Source: Escherichia coli
GTDB lineage: Bacteria > Pseudomonadota > Gammaproteobacteria > Enterobacterales > Enterobacteriaceae
Strand: one strand, 5' to 3'
Length of the DNA stretch: 64,000 nt
NCBI RefSeq assembly: GCF_050920415.1
Contig: NZ_CP169309.1
A program made the translations under genes and the position numbers. Below the pieces are notes generated by a model, which saw nothing but the letters and a program-made list of their open reading frames with translations, was not told the DNA's origin and ran no database searches. Shown one piece after another: positions 11,405 through 21,898 of the stretch. The stretch's first letter is position 1, and every line of letters begins with the position of its first letter.

Positions 11405-11710
11405 TTACTGCGGTTCGGCAGGCGCGCCATCCTGAGTAGACTGCGCGGGGGCAGAGACGTTACCGCTGGTGGTGCGGGTGTAAAGAATTTTATGCGTATC
11501 ATTGGCGCAATGCCCGACGACCTGGGAATCAGGCTGATCAACCTGGTCATTGGGTACAATACTTAACGTGAAGCTGCTTTCGGGTACGCCATTATTGATA
11601 ATACGCTGTGATATATCGCTCTTTATGCGCTCACAGGATCCCGGCGCGGCGAGTACCGCGGGTGAGGTGAGTGCGAGCAGAAGCGCGGCACAGCAAGTTG
11701 AGAGTTTCAT
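11405..11710 (-). CDS. ynfD: small secreted protein (DUF1161 family)
   Basis: 101 aa from Met15 of ORF 11405..11752; signal peptide MKLSTCCAALLLALTSPAVLA. Confidence 0.85.
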   Translation of the reverse strand: MKLSTCCAALLLALTSPAVLAAPGSCERIKSDISQRIINNGVPESSFTLSIVPNDQVDQPDSQVVGHCANDTHKILYTRTTSGNVSAPAQSTQDGAPAEPQ

Positions 11711-11817
11711 CATAAGCTCCTTTCGCGAATATAACTTCTTTAAGCATAGCATTTAACGTGTAAAGTACTGTATTTGCTACTATGATTGAGAATCATCTCT
11801 ACTGTCTGGTGACTGTT

Positions 11818-12528
11818 GTGAAATACAAATTACTACCATGCTTACTCGCGATATTACTCACAGGATGTGACCGCACAGAGGTAACACTTTCATTTACCCC
11901 TGAGATGGCTAGTTTCTCTAATGAATTCGATTTTGATCCGCTGCGTGGTCCGGTAAAAGATTTCACTCAGACATTAATGGATGAGCAAGGGGAAGTAACG
12001 AAGCGTGTTTCGGGGACTTTGTCGGAAGAAGGCTGTTTTGATTCACTCGAATTATTGGATCTGGAAAATAATACCGTGGTTGCCCTGGTATTGGACGCCA
12101 ATTATTACCGTGATGCCCAGACGCTGGAGAAAAGAGTACGTTTACAGGGAAAATGCCAGCTAGCAGAATTACCTTCTGCCGGGGTGAGTTGGGAAACCGA
12201 TGATAATGGCTTCGTGATTAAAGCCAGCAGCCAACAAATGCAGATGGAATATCGCTATGATGATCAGGGTTATCCGCTGGGTAAAACCACGAAAAGTAAC
12301 GACAAAACATTATCTGTTAGCGCTACGCCATCAACGGATCCGATCAAAAAATTAGATTACACAGCGGTTACTTTACTGAATAATCAACGGGTTGGTAATG
12401 TAAAACAGAGCTGTGAATATGACAGTCACGCCAATCCGGTAGACTGTCAGCTAATCATTGTTGATGAAGGAGTAAAACCCGCCGTCGAACGGGTTTATAC
12501 CATCAAAAATACTATCGATTATTATTAA
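11818..12528 (+). CDS. ynfC: UPF0257 lipoprotein
   Basis: 236 aa from GTG within ORF 11782..12528; lipobox LLTGC. Confidence 0.85.
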   Translation: MKYKLLPCLLAILLTGCDRTEVTLSFTPEMASFSNEFDFDPLRGPVKDFTQTLMDEQGEVTKRVSGTLSEEGCFDSLELLDLENNTVVALVLDANYYRDAQTLEKRVRLQGKCQLAELPSAGVSWETDDNGFVIKASSQQMQMEYRYDDQGYPLGKTTKSNDKTLSVSATPSTDPIKKLDYTAVTLLNNQRVGNVKQSCEYDSHANPVDCQLIIVDEGVKPAVERVYTIKNTIDYY

Positions 12529-12530
12529 TG

Positions 12531-13091
12531 CTATTGTGCGGTCGGCTTCAGGAGAGTCTGACCCGGTGTTTTGTGCTCTGCCAGATACTGATGCTGGAAT
12601 ATGCACATGCGAATGGCATTCCGATATTGACCATTAATAAAGAACTCATGCATCAATTCACCTTCAACCGTAAAGCCAAGCTTGCGGTAAATGTGAATCG
12701 CTTTTTCATTCTCTTTATCGACGATCAGATACAGCTTATAGAGATTGAGAACGGTGAAGCCATAGTCCATTGCTAATTTTGCAGCACGCGTTGCCAGACC
12801 TTTCCCCTGATATTCCGGGGAGATAATTATCTGAAATTCTGCGCGGCGATGAACATGGTTAATTTCCACCAGCTCCACCAGACCGGCTTTTTCGCCGTCA
12901 CATTCCACCACAAAGCGCCGTTCGCTCTGATCGTGAATATGCTTATCGTACAGATCAGAGAGTTCAACAAAGGCTTCGTAGGGTTCCTCAAACCAGTAAC
13001 GCATCACACTGGCGTTATTGTCGAGTTGATGTACATAGCGTAAATCTTCACGCTCCAGCGGGCGTAGCTTAACACTGTGGGCGCTTGGCAT
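12531..13091 (-). CDS. speG: spermidine N1-acetyltransferase
   Basis: 186-aa GNAT acetyltransferase; recognised SpeG sequence. Confidence 0.95.
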   Translation of the reverse strand: MPSAHSVKLRPLEREDLRYVHQLDNNASVMRYWFEEPYEAFVELSDLYDKHIHDQSERRFVVECDGEKAGLVELVEINHVHRRAEFQIIISPEYQGKGLATRAAKLAMDYGFTVLNLYKLYLIVDKENEKAIHIYRKLGFTVEGELMHEFFINGQYRNAIRMCIFQHQYLAEHKTPGQTLLKPTAQ

Positions 13092-13125
13092 AACGTGTCC
13101 TTACATTCCTTAAATCAATAACAGG

Positions 13126-13467
13126 TTAGGGGGTAATAACGCGGCCAGTTCGACGGTCCAGGCAGCGCAAAGTATTTGGCTCCCAGTAGGCATTGATATT
13201 GGCGCTTTGCTCACATTTATCGCGGTTATCAAAAGCGGCGTCGGCTTTATCCCACTCTTTTTCAGTGCGTTTATTCACTTTCTGGCGCAGATTGCGCGTG
13301 TCATTCCATTGCTCTTTTTCCATAGCGGCGTGCTGGCGGCTTTGTGCACTGTCGCCAGACTCAATCACCAGTTTGTTAGTTTCGGCATGAACAGTTGTGC
13401 TCAATGCCAGTGCGCAAGGCAGCAGAAAAGCGAGCAGGCCAATTCGTTTGCTGAGAGTAATTTTCAT
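13126..13467 (-). CDS. ynfB: UPF0482 secreted protein
   Basis: 113-aa ORF with signal peptide; synteny. Confidence 0.85.
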
Positions 13468-13601
13468 AATTCATTCCCTGTATGAATGATTAAAGGTGAT
13501 TCTACACCATCCACTGCGAACGCAAAACGTACCAGGAGGATGTTTATATTGATGATATTATGTCGTCCTATAACTATACATGATGTCAATAAGTGACAAA
13601 G

Positions 13602-13928
13602 ATGATTAAAACAACGTTACTATTTTTTGCTACTGCGCTGTGTGAAATTATTGGATGCTTTCTGCCCTGGTTGTGGTTGAAACGAAACGCCAGTATCTGG
13701 CTGTTGCTTCCGGCGGGGATTTCTCTGGCACTGTTTGTCTGGTTGTTAACGTTGCATCCTGCGGCGAGTGGGCGTGTTTACGCGGCTTATGGTGGCGTTT
13801 ATGTCTGCACGGCGTTGATTTGGCTGCGCGTTGTGGATGGCGTGAAACTGAGTCTTTATGACTGGACGGGGGCGTTGATTGCGCTTTGCGGCATGTTGAT
13901 CATTGTTGCGGGCTGGGGGCGCGCGTAA
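13602..13928 (+). CDS. ynfA: UPF0060 small membrane protein
   Basis: 108 aa from Met4 of ORF 13593..13928; four hydrophobic segments. Confidence 0.85.
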
Positions 13929-14133
13929 GGACATAAATCCATTTTATCAATAAGATACAAGGAAGTGTCAGCTGACAAAAGGTATTCTATTTCATCTTTT
14001 GTCAACCATTCACGGCGCAAATATACGCCTTTTTTTGTGATCACTCCGGCTTTTTTCGATCTTCATACTTGTATGGTAGTAGCTCAGTTGCGTAGATTTC
14101 ATGCATCACGACAAGCGATGCAAGGAATCGAAC

Positions 14134-15348
14134 ATGAAGATCGTAAAGGCTGAAGTTTTTGTTACCTGTCCGGGGCGTAATTTCGTCACATTAAAAATCA
14201 CCACTGAGGACGGTATTACGGGCCTTGGGGATGCCACCCTCAATGGACGTGAGCTTTCCGTGGCCTCTTATTTGCAGGATCACCTTTGTCCGCAGCTTAT
14301 TGGTCGCGATGCACAGCGTATCGAAGATATCTGGCAGTTTTTCTATAAAGGTGCTTACTGGCGTCGCGGTCCGGTGACGATGTCGGCCATTTCAGCGGTT
14401 GATATGGCGTTGTGGGATATTAAAGCCAAAGCTGCCAACATGCCGCTTTACCAGTTACTCGGCGGCGCGTCTCGTGAAGGGGTGATGGTTTATTGCCATA
14501 CCACCGGTCACAGTATTGATGAAGCTCTGGATGATTATGCCCGTCATCAGGAGCTGGGATTCAAAGCCATCCGCGTGCAGTGCGGAATCCCTGGTATGAA
14601 AACCACCTACGGCATGTCGAAAGGCAAAGGTCTGGCTTATGAACCCGCAACCAAAGGACAGTGGCCGGAAGAGCAGCTGTGGTCGACGGAGAAATACCTC
14701 GATTTCATGCCGAAATTGTTTGACGCGGTACGTAACAAGTTTGGTTTTAATGAACATTTGCTGCATGACATGCACCATCGCTTAACGCCTATTGAAGCGG
14801 CGCGCTTTGGTAAAAGCATTGAAGATTATCGCATGTTCTGGATGGAAGACCCGACGCCTGCGGAAAACCAGGAATGCTTCCGTCTCATTCGCCAACATAC
14901 CGTCACACCCATCGCGGTGGGTGAAGTCTTCAACAGCATCTGGGACTGCAAACAGCTGATTGAAGAACAACTTATCGACTATATCCGCACCACGCTGACT
15001 CACGCGGGGGGGATTACCGGTATGCGCCGGATTGCCGATTTTGCTTCGTTGTATCAGGTACGTACTGGCTCACACGGTCCTTCCGATTTGTCACCAGTCT
15101 GCATGGCTGCGGCGCTGCACTTTGATCTGTGGGTCCCCAATTTCGGTGTCCAGGAATACATGGGCTATTCCGAACAAATGCTCGAAGTCTTCCCGCACAA
15201 CTGGACTTTCGATAACGGCTATATGCATCCGGGAGACAAACCGGGTCTTGGCATCGAATTCGATGAAAAGCTGGCGGCGAAATATCCCTATGAACCTGCT
15301 TATCTGCCAGTCGCACGTCTGGAAGATGGCACGCTGTGGAACTGGTAA
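14134..15348 (+). CDS. rspA: starvation-sensing protein RspA (enolase-superfamily mannonate dehydratase-like)
   Basis: 404 aa from Met12 of ORF 14101..15348; recognised RspA sequence. Confidence 0.95.
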   Translation: MKIVKAEVFVTCPGRNFVTLKITTEDGITGLGDATLNGRELSVASYLQDHLCPQLIGRDAQRIEDIWQFFYKGAYWRRGPVTMSAISAVDMALWDIKAKAANMPLYQLLGGASREGVMVYCHTTGHSIDEALDDYARHQELGFKAIRVQCGIPGMKTTYGMSKGKGLAYEPATKGQWPEEQLWSTEKYLDFMPKLFDAVRNKFGFNEHLLHDMHHRLTPIEAARFGKSIEDYRMFWMEDPTPAENQECFRLIRQHTVTPIAVGEVFNSIWDCKQLIEEQLIDYIRTTLTHAGGITGMRRIADFASLYQVRTGSHGPSDLSPVCMAAALHFDLWVPNFGVQEYMGYSEQMLEVFPHNWTFDNGYMHPGDKPGLGIEFDEKLAAKYPYEPAYLPVARLEDGTLWNW

Positions 15349-15359
15349 GGAGTAAGATA

Positions 15360-16379
15360 ATGAAAAGCATTTTAATTGAAAAACCGAATCAACTGGCAAT
15401 TATCGAACGCGAAATACCCACCCCGTCAGCGGGTGAAGTTCGAGTAAAAGTGAAACTTGCCGGAATTTGTGGTTCAGATAGCCATATTTATCGTGGGCAT
15501 AATCCTTTTGCGAAATATCCGCGCGTCATTGGACATGAATTCTTTGGCGTCATTGATGCAGTGGGTGAAGGCGTGGAAAGCGACAGAGTCGGTGAACGCG
15601 TTGCTGTCGATCCGGTGGTCAGCTGTGGGCATTGCTATCCGTGCTCTATAGGTAAGCCGAACGTTTGTACGACACTGGCTGTATTAGGTGTGCACGCTGA
15701 CGGTGGTTTCAGTGAATATGCCGTGGTGCCGGCAAAAAATGCGTGGAAAATTCCTGAAGCAGTGGCCGATCAATATGCGGTGATGATCGAACCTTTTACC
15801 ATTGCGGCTAACGTTACCGGTCATGGTCAACCGACTGAAAATGATACCGTTCTGGTTTACGGTGCAGGTCCAATCGGCCTGACGATCGTTCAGGTATTAA
15901 AAGGCGTCTATAACGTTAAGAATGTGATTGTTGCCGATCGCATTGATGAACGACTGGAAAAAGCGAAAGAGAGCGGGGCAGACTGGGCGATTAATAACAG
16001 CCAGACACCGCTTGGCGAGATTTTCGCTGAAAAAGGCATAAAGCCGACATTAATTATCGATGCGGCTTGTCATCCTTCAATCCTGAAAGAAGCCGTAACG
16101 CTGGCTTCTCCAGCGGCACGTATTGTATTGATGGGCTTCTCCAGTGAACCGTCTGCAGTGATTCAGCAAGGAATTACCGGAAAAGAACTCTCTATTTTCT
16201 CTTCACGCTTAAATGCAAATAAATTCCCGGTCGTTATCGACTGGTTAAGTAAAGGGTTAATTAAACCAGAAAAACTAATTACCCATACGTTTGATTTCCA
16301 GCATGTTGCTGATGCCATTAGTTTATTTGAACAGGATCAAAAGCATTGCTGCAAAGTCTTACTCACTTTTTCTGAATAA
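15360..16379 (+). CDS. rspB: starvation-sensing protein RspB (zinc-dependent alcohol dehydrogenase family)
   Basis: 339 aa from Met9 of ORF 15336..16379; GHE...CGxC zinc motifs and Rossmann GAGPIG. Confidence 0.95.
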   Translation: MKSILIEKPNQLAIIEREIPTPSAGEVRVKVKLAGICGSDSHIYRGHNPFAKYPRVIGHEFFGVIDAVGEGVESDRVGERVAVDPVVSCGHCYPCSIGKPNVCTTLAVLGVHADGGFSEYAVVPAKNAWKIPEAVADQYAVMIEPFTIAANVTGHGQPTENDTVLVYGAGPIGLTIVQVLKGVYNVKNVIVADRIDERLEKAKESGADWAINNSQTPLGEIFAEKGIKPTLIIDAACHPSILKEAVTLASPAARIVLMGFSSEPSAVIQQGITGKELSIFSSRLNANKFPVVIDWLSKGLIKPEKLITHTFDFQHVADAISLFEQDQKHCCKVLLTFSE

Positions 16380-16436
16380 TACCAATAACGGCGAGTAAGT
16401 AGTACGCATCTTACCTCTTTTTTAGAGATAACCATT

Positions 16437-16544
16437 ATGACAATAGAAAAACACGAAAGAAGCACTAAGGATTTGGTGAAAGCAGCAGTATCGGGATGGC
16501 TGGGCACTGCGCTTGAATTCATGGATTTCAAGAGTCATGAATAG
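16437..16544 (+). pseudogene. ydfJ: 5' fragment of an MHS/MFS-family transporter gene truncated by prophage insertion (attL junction)
   Basis: ATG then MTIEKHERSTKDLVKAAVSGWLGTALEFMDF (MHS signature G-x3-E-F/W-x-D-F), then reads into phage DNA and stops after 4 codons; integrase gene lies immediately beyond. Confidence 0.6.
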
Positions 16545-16566
16545 TAACCATTTGATAATTAATAAA

Positions 16567-17847
16567 TTAATTTTTCACCACCTCGTTTTGGGGCATGGTT
16601 GGGGCAAACTCGCTTAGCTGTGTATTTAACAGGGCTACCTGTGCATTATTGTTTTCAGACATCCATTTCCCGTATACCTGAAACACCATTTGCGCATCTG
16701 CATGTCCCATCTGGTTTGCTATGAATGCCGGGTTGGCACCGGCTGTCAACGACCAGCAGGCATAAGTATGTCTCGACTGATATGATTTGCGGTGGCGGAG
16801 GCCAGCGCGCTTTATCGCTGCGTCCCACATCTGCCTTATTGAGTCAACGGTAAAATGGTCACCATAATTTTTTACTCTCGCTGACACTTCAGGTTGAAAA
16901 ACAAAGGTGCATTTTTGTTTTTCTGTTCTGCCGAACTCTCTGAGGTGAACGTCAATAATATGTTCTTTGCTCAGCCTCGTTAGTGTCATCTGACTCCTGA
17001 GAGCGTCGATTGCAGGCTTGATAAGGTGAATTACCCGATTGGTACCAGCCTGTGTTTTCGGTACCGTAAAACGATCTTTTGCTAAATTTCTCCTGATCAT
17101 CATTGTTCCATTTTTCAGATCTATGTCCTCCCACCCAAGCGCACACAGTTCACCAGGGCGAATGCCTGTATAAACAGAAACACACCATAAATTTTTGGCC
17201 TGCTGATTTCTGCAGGCGTCGATAAGACGGATAAATTCCTCCCGTGAAAGAGGATCAGGAATGGTTCTTGATTCCTTTAATGGCGAGATCCCCTTAAACG
17301 GATTATCTGCCAGGTAACCGTTATCAACACCAAACTGGAACACGGCGTTAAGATTTGTCATGTAATTATTTACAGTTACAGCCGATCTCCCTGGTTGTGT
17401 AACAATATAGTTACTTTTGGGGATCTGGTATCCAGTCAGTAGCTCTTTACGAACCTCCAGTAATTTTTCTTTATTAATCGATGAGGCAAGATTTTTTTCA
17501 CCGATTATGCTCAGGATATTTTTGATGACGGCACGGTATGTGTTGAGTGATGCTTTGGCGACTTCAGTTTCTTTCAGTGCCAGAAATTTTTCAGCCAGTT
17601 CTTTTATGGTTAAATCTTGTCGGGCCTCACCAAATTTTTCCAGATTGCGTGAGGAGGGAAACTGTTTTGCATAGTCGAAAACACCAGTTTTTATTGCGTA
17701 ACAAACAGAGGAGCGTAGTTCACCTGCAACGCGCCTGTTTTTTGCTGTGTCAGGAACCCCCAGATTTTCCCTGACTCTTACGCCTTTATAAACAAACCAG
17801 ATACGTAATTTCCCTCCATGGTTTTCCACGCCTGTCGGATATTTCAT
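16567..17847 (-). CDS. int: phage integrase (tyrosine recombinase)
   Basis: ORF 16567..17862; start taken at second ATG (MKYPTG) preceded by purine-rich RBS; C-terminal catalytic domain with conserved R...H-x-x-R...Y; adjacent to att junction. Confidence 0.9.
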   Translation of the reverse strand: MKYPTGVENHGGKLRIWFVYKGVRVRENLGVPDTAKNRRVAGELRSSVCYAIKTGVFDYAKQFPSSRNLEKFGEARQDLTIKELAEKFLALKETEVAKASLNTYRAVIKNILSIIGEKNLASSINKEKLLEVRKELLTGYQIPKSNYIVTQPGRSAVTVNNYMTNLNAVFQFGVDNGYLADNPFKGISPLKESRTIPDPLSREEFIRLIDACRNQQAKNLWCVSVYTGIRPGELCALGWEDIDLKNGTMMIRRNLAKDRFTVPKTQAGTNRVIHLIKPAIDALRSQMTLTRLSKEHIIDVHLREFGRTEKQKCTFVFQPEVSARVKNYGDHFTVDSIRQMWDAAIKRAGLRHRKSYQSRHTYACWSLTAGANPAFIANQMGHADAQMVFQVYGKWMSENNNAQVALLNTQLSEFAPTMPQNEVVKN

Positions 17848-17881
17848 TTCAACTTCTCTCATTAGTTAGTGTGGCTTTTAG

Positions 17882-18133
17882 TCAAGTAAGATGACGTCTT
17901 GGTCTCGCTGATGCCTGGCGCTCAATCCAGCGATCAATTTCTTCCAGGTTGTAAAAGCATGGACTGTTATCCCATGGCATACCGTCATGAGCGACATGCT
18001 TATATTCCCTTCCTTCCATAAACGATTTTTCCCGGGCCTTTTTTAACGTACCTTTTTTTATTCCTTTCAGCGCAATTAACTGCTCTTCGGATACCCATTT
18101 GCCGGGAGAGACAATCATGATTACTTCGCTCAT
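17882..18133 (-). CDS. xis: excisionase-like small DNA-binding protein
   Basis: 83-aa ORF immediately upstream of int in the same orientation. Confidence 0.55.
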   Translation of the reverse strand: MSEVIMIVSPGKWVSEEQLIALKGIKKGTLKKAREKSFMEGREYKHVAHDGMPWDNSPCFYNLEEIDRWIERQASARPRRHLT

Positions 18134-18205
18134 CGATTTCTTTATCTCTTACATCAGACGAGCGCCGGTTGCAGAATACCAGTCACAACCGGCGACAGTT
18201 GAACA

Positions 18206-20677
18206 TTAAGAATCAGCCTGACTCGGGATCAGTTTTTGCCAGATAACTGAAACGTATTTTGCCTGGTAACGGGCGTCATCAAGTGCATTATGGCGCTCAC
18301 CTTCGAATGGAATAGCCGTTCTGGCATCGAAGTCTATGGCTTTCCCCAGCTCAACGATTGTGCGTACATCGCGATCGTTGTAGTAACGCCACGGGCAGGG
18401 GATCCCCTGCCGTTCGTATGAACGGCGCAAAATCGTGTTGTCGAAGTTGGCTCCATTTCCCCAGACCTGAACAAAAAATTCACCGGAGTTTTCGTCGATA
18501 AATTCCCGCAATTGTAACAGTGCATCATCTAACGGGATTTCATCGGTCATAATGGCAGATTGCGCTTCGCGTGATTGCTTAAGCCACCATTTAATGGTGT
18601 CCCGATCAATGACTCCGCCAGCAGTTTCCAGATCGATAGTCTTACTAAATTCCGGTCCCATATCTCCGGTTTGCGGATCGAAAAATATTGCACCTATTGA
18701 GATAATCGGGGCATCAGGATTTTTTCCCATGGTTTCAAGGTCGATCATTAGATGGTCACACGTCCTGCTGGTGGATGTGATAACGTGATGACCGTTCACC
18801 GCAATTAAGGGATCTGCCGTCTCGCCAGTTTCATTATTGCTGGCGTGGTCCTGAGCGCTGCCAGCATTCTCCTTGTGTGGATGTTCAGCGCCTTCCATTT
18901 CCTCCGGATCATTTTCCTGAACTTCAACCTGATTCTCTTCATCGAATGTTTCTTGGTATGTTGCGTCGCCCATCACCGCACCACAATCAGGGCAGTTGCC
19001 GCCGCCGGTCTGACCGCATGCGGTGCAGACTTTTTCCGCTTCCTGTTGCGCTACTGGCTCAGGTTGTTTCGTTTCTGGCTCGTTTTGTAACGCATTTGGG
19101 CTGTTTTGTTCTGCTTTCTGGTCGTTCTGTTCCGTTTCTTGCTGGTTCTGATTCACTGAATCGCGGGTTTCAATCCCCTTCACCCATTTCGGATCATTCG
19201 GGTCGCTAATCCCTGCAACAAATTCACCACGTGATACAGCAAGCAACTTATCGGCGTCAGGCTGGCTGATATTGGCTGCCTGCATAATTTTGTTTACTTC
19301 GTCAGCGGTAACTTTTACCGGCTCTGGTTGTGCGGTCGTGTCAGATGCACCAGTATTTTGTTGTGAACCTGAGTATGTACCGTTTTTACGGGCAAAATAT
19401 TCTTCTTTCGTGATTTCAGTAGCCCCTGCAGTCAGCGCCTTATTCAGACCAGAAAGTTTGTTTGCGCGACCATATTTTTCGCCATCCTTGTCGGTGAAGA
19501 GGAAGTAGAACGGCCCCTCACGCTCTACAGATGGTTCGACTTCCACTTTGCATTCGGTTTTTTCGTTGTCCGGAATTGCCGTTTCCACTGCATCAGTTTC
19601 TGGTACTGGCGACGAGAGAGTATCAGTTGCGCTCTGATTTCTTCCTTCATCTTCAAACACGCCCTTTGTAGTCAGGTATTCAGTAATGTATTTGTTCAGT
19701 GTCACAGGGTCTTTGTGAATGTCGATCGGACGTTCACGGACAAGGCCAAAAATAGTCTGGCGGTCGTAGCGAAGGGCATCAGGCTGTTTGCGCATTGATG
19801 CCGAGATACGCTTCCAGTCTTCGCGGTCGTTGTCGATAACTTCATTTTTTGCCCAGCGATGGATGCTGCCGTCAATGTTTCCGGCATCCACATCACCAGG
19901 CCAGAGAGCGTAGGCCAGTTCGTCATCCAGTGTTTTCCATGTCTGCTTGTATTCGCGATGAGTGGCAGCAATGACCGGGCTGATTTTTCCTGTTGAATTG
20001 TCAGTGTACTGTTGATTGGCTCTGGCGCGGGCGAGATCAACAACAGACGTGTATTTTCCGGTTTCCTTGCGTTCACCTTCGCGACGTTTTTTCCAGATGC
20101 GCATCTCTGCCTGAATTTCGGGCCATTTAGCACCAGGAATACATTTATGCTTAACCCACCCAATGGCGTGCAACTTAAGCTCCGGATACATGGCGTTAAC
20201 TTCTGGCATTTTCATCAACGCTTCAACGATATGTCCGTCGAATGTTGCCATGTCTTCCTGCAACAATTCCTGTGCGCTAATAACCATATCAACGGTGATG
20301 TTTTCACATGTGTCGAACTTAACCAGGACCGCGTTCTGTACTTCAGGGGACAGCTTGTCAAAATTGACGTTCATCGGATCGGATTCTGGTTCGACCGGGA
20401 CAAAGGAAGCGCCTTCCTCATCCCAGCGGTTTTCCAGCATATATTCGGTATCCCAGGAGTCGATGGCAGGGCGGGGCATGCCGGGTTTATCCTCGCAGAC
20501 AAGAAATTTATAAGCGCAGTCCTGAGCAGCCGGATATTGCTCCAGGAATTGCCAGGTAAATTTGGCTCGGGCGCGACGTTCGTCGCCGGCTTCAATGGCA
20601 GTGGCTACAGCGACTGCACCTTCTTCCTTTATTGCCTGTTCGTCCGGAATGGCGGCGCAAATAAAGACTTTACTCAT
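18206..20677 (-). CDS. large prophage early protein with C-terminal DnaQ-like DEDDh 3'-5' exonuclease domain and CxxC zinc-ribbon
   Basis: 823-aa ORF; C-terminal motifs DLETMG, WGNGANFD, HNALDDA; CTACGQTGGGNCPDCG zinc-ribbon-like segment; acidic linker. Confidence 0.75.
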   Translation of the reverse strand: MSKVFICAAIPDEQAIKEEGAVAVATAIEAGDERRARAKFTWQFLEQYPAAQDCAYKFLVCEDKPGMPRPAIDSWDTEYMLENRWDEEGASFVPVEPESDPMNVNFDKLSPEVQNAVLVKFDTCENITVDMVISAQELLQEDMATFDGHIVEALMKMPEVNAMYPELKLHAIGWVKHKCIPGAKWPEIQAEMRIWKKRREGERKETGKYTSVVDLARARANQQYTDNSTGKISPVIAATHREYKQTWKTLDDELAYALWPGDVDAGNIDGSIHRWAKNEVIDNDREDWKRISASMRKQPDALRYDRQTIFGLVRERPIDIHKDPVTLNKYITEYLTTKGVFEDEGRNQSATDTLSSPVPETDAVETAIPDNEKTECKVEVEPSVEREGPFYFLFTDKDGEKYGRANKLSGLNKALTAGATEITKEEYFARKNGTYSGSQQNTGASDTTAQPEPVKVTADEVNKIMQAANISQPDADKLLAVSRGEFVAGISDPNDPKWVKGIETRDSVNQNQQETEQNDQKAEQNSPNALQNEPETKQPEPVAQQEAEKVCTACGQTGGGNCPDCGAVMGDATYQETFDEENQVEVQENDPEEMEGAEHPHKENAGSAQDHASNNETGETADPLIAVNGHHVITSTSRTCDHLMIDLETMGKNPDAPIISIGAIFFDPQTGDMGPEFSKTIDLETAGGVIDRDTIKWWLKQSREAQSAIMTDEIPLDDALLQLREFIDENSGEFFVQVWGNGANFDNTILRRSYERQGIPCPWRYYNDRDVRTIVELGKAIDFDARTAIPFEGERHNALDDARYQAKYVSVIWQKLIPSQADS

Positions 20678-20757
20678 TTTGTTTTAACCTCATTACAGAT
20701 TTAAGGGTGAACAAATCCCTGCCATTGCTGGCATATAAAAATGAAACCGGATATTAA

Positions 20758-20961
20758 TTACGGTGCTGTTTTAAGTCCTGCCGGGATTTCGTTATTGTCC
20801 ATGCGAATAACTTTCTCAACCGGATAACAGTTGCCGGGAATTTTCTGTTCCGCTGCGGCAGCCATGCATTCTTTCATTGAGTCATGTATACCAATAACAA
20901 GATCAACTGGCTCGCCCGTATTAAGAAAAACCGTCAGAACGAGTGCAAATGCTGTATTCAT
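20758..20961 (-). CDS. ydfD: YdfD-like small protein (lysis-associated protein of Qin-type prophages)
   Basis: 67 aa from MNTAFALVLTVFL within ORF 20758..21015; hydrophobic N-terminus; directly downstream of dicB as in Qin. Confidence 0.55.
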   Translation of the reverse strand: MNTAFALVLTVFLNTGEPVDLVIGIHDSMKECMAAAAEQKIPGNCYPVEKVIRMDNNEIPAGLKTAP

Positions 20962-21146
20962 TGCCAGTATCCTTTTTGCATCAGACGTAAACGGGCCAGC
21001 ATTGATACAATGCATATTTGATTTAATAGCTCCCGTTCGTGTTTTCTCTTATTAATGGCATCTTCAGTAAATACAGGGTTACTGATTCTGACACCAATTT
21101 CAAAACAACCTTCAGACGTATTAACGTTTGGTAATAACGTTTCCAT
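20958..21146 (-). CDS. dicB: cell division inhibitor DicB
   Basis: C-terminal 62 aa of ORF 20958..21242 (METLLPNVNTSEGCFEIGVRISNPVFTEDAINKRKHERELLNQICIVSMLARLRLMQKGYWQ) closely match the recalled K-12 DicB sequence. Confidence 0.85.
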   Translation of the reverse strand: METLLPNVNTSEGCFEIGVRISNPVFTEDAINKRKHERELLNQICIVSMLARLRLMQKGYWQ

Positions 21147-21334
21147 TATCGCGTCCTCAACAATGAATTTTGTGATACGGTGCCTGGTGCCTCCAGGTGA
21201 CGTTAACCAGTTAACAATTAACGCCGGATACAGAGAACCCACCCATAAGAACCAATACGGAAGTCAACTGGCCTTTTTAACTGTTCCGCGTGCGCTTAGC
21301 CGCATTCACCGCATCACAAAATTCACTTTAAAAA

Positions 21335-21387
21335 GGGCGGCAGAGCAGTCACGGAGTAAAACTGATACCGCCAAACGTCACCAGAAA
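21335..21387 (-). ncRNA. dicF: DicF small regulatory RNA (ftsZ-targeting sRNA)
   Basis: Minus-strand sequence TTTCTGGTGACGTTTGGCGGTATCAGTTTTACTCCGTGACTGCTCTGCCGCCC matches the 53-nt DicF followed by a T-run; about 190 bp upstream of dicB as in Qin. Confidence 0.8.
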
Positions 21388-21898
21388 ATTGATAACAGAG
21401 GGCGTTGCAGCGGGGTTGCCACTTAAGCGTATGGTCAACCTGACAACCCGGTGTCCTCAACGGGGAAGGAATAACCCCGCCATACTTACCGCCGCGCCAT
21501 TTCGCGGATTGCCACAACCGGAAGCGCACAGACGAAGATGTCAGTGGTACACAACAAAGGGAGGAATGACTTCGCCGTGCGCTTTCGCGTTATGCCCTGA
21601 CTTTTCAGGGATATATCCTTTCAGTAAACTGTTTGTGCCGGATTCTTATCCGTGTCCGGCGCACGACCACGCGCTGTCACGTGTGGTCTCCATTCTCAAC
21701 CAGTAACCTCAATGGAGGATAAAATTAAAATGGTCAGCAAACTAAATTAGACTCGCTGGAAGATTCATTATTAAACAGCGCGTTTAAATTATATTCTTGA
21801 ATGTTTTGGGGATAACCTTGCTGCTGAGGAAGGCTATCCAAACCATGTCGATGGTTTCGAAGCGATATATCTTTATCTATCCCGTAAACATGGATGGA

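Noticed and set aside
21323-21529. 68-aa minus-strand ORF
   Set aside because: Overlaps the DicF sRNA sequence and its terminator; more likely non-coding.
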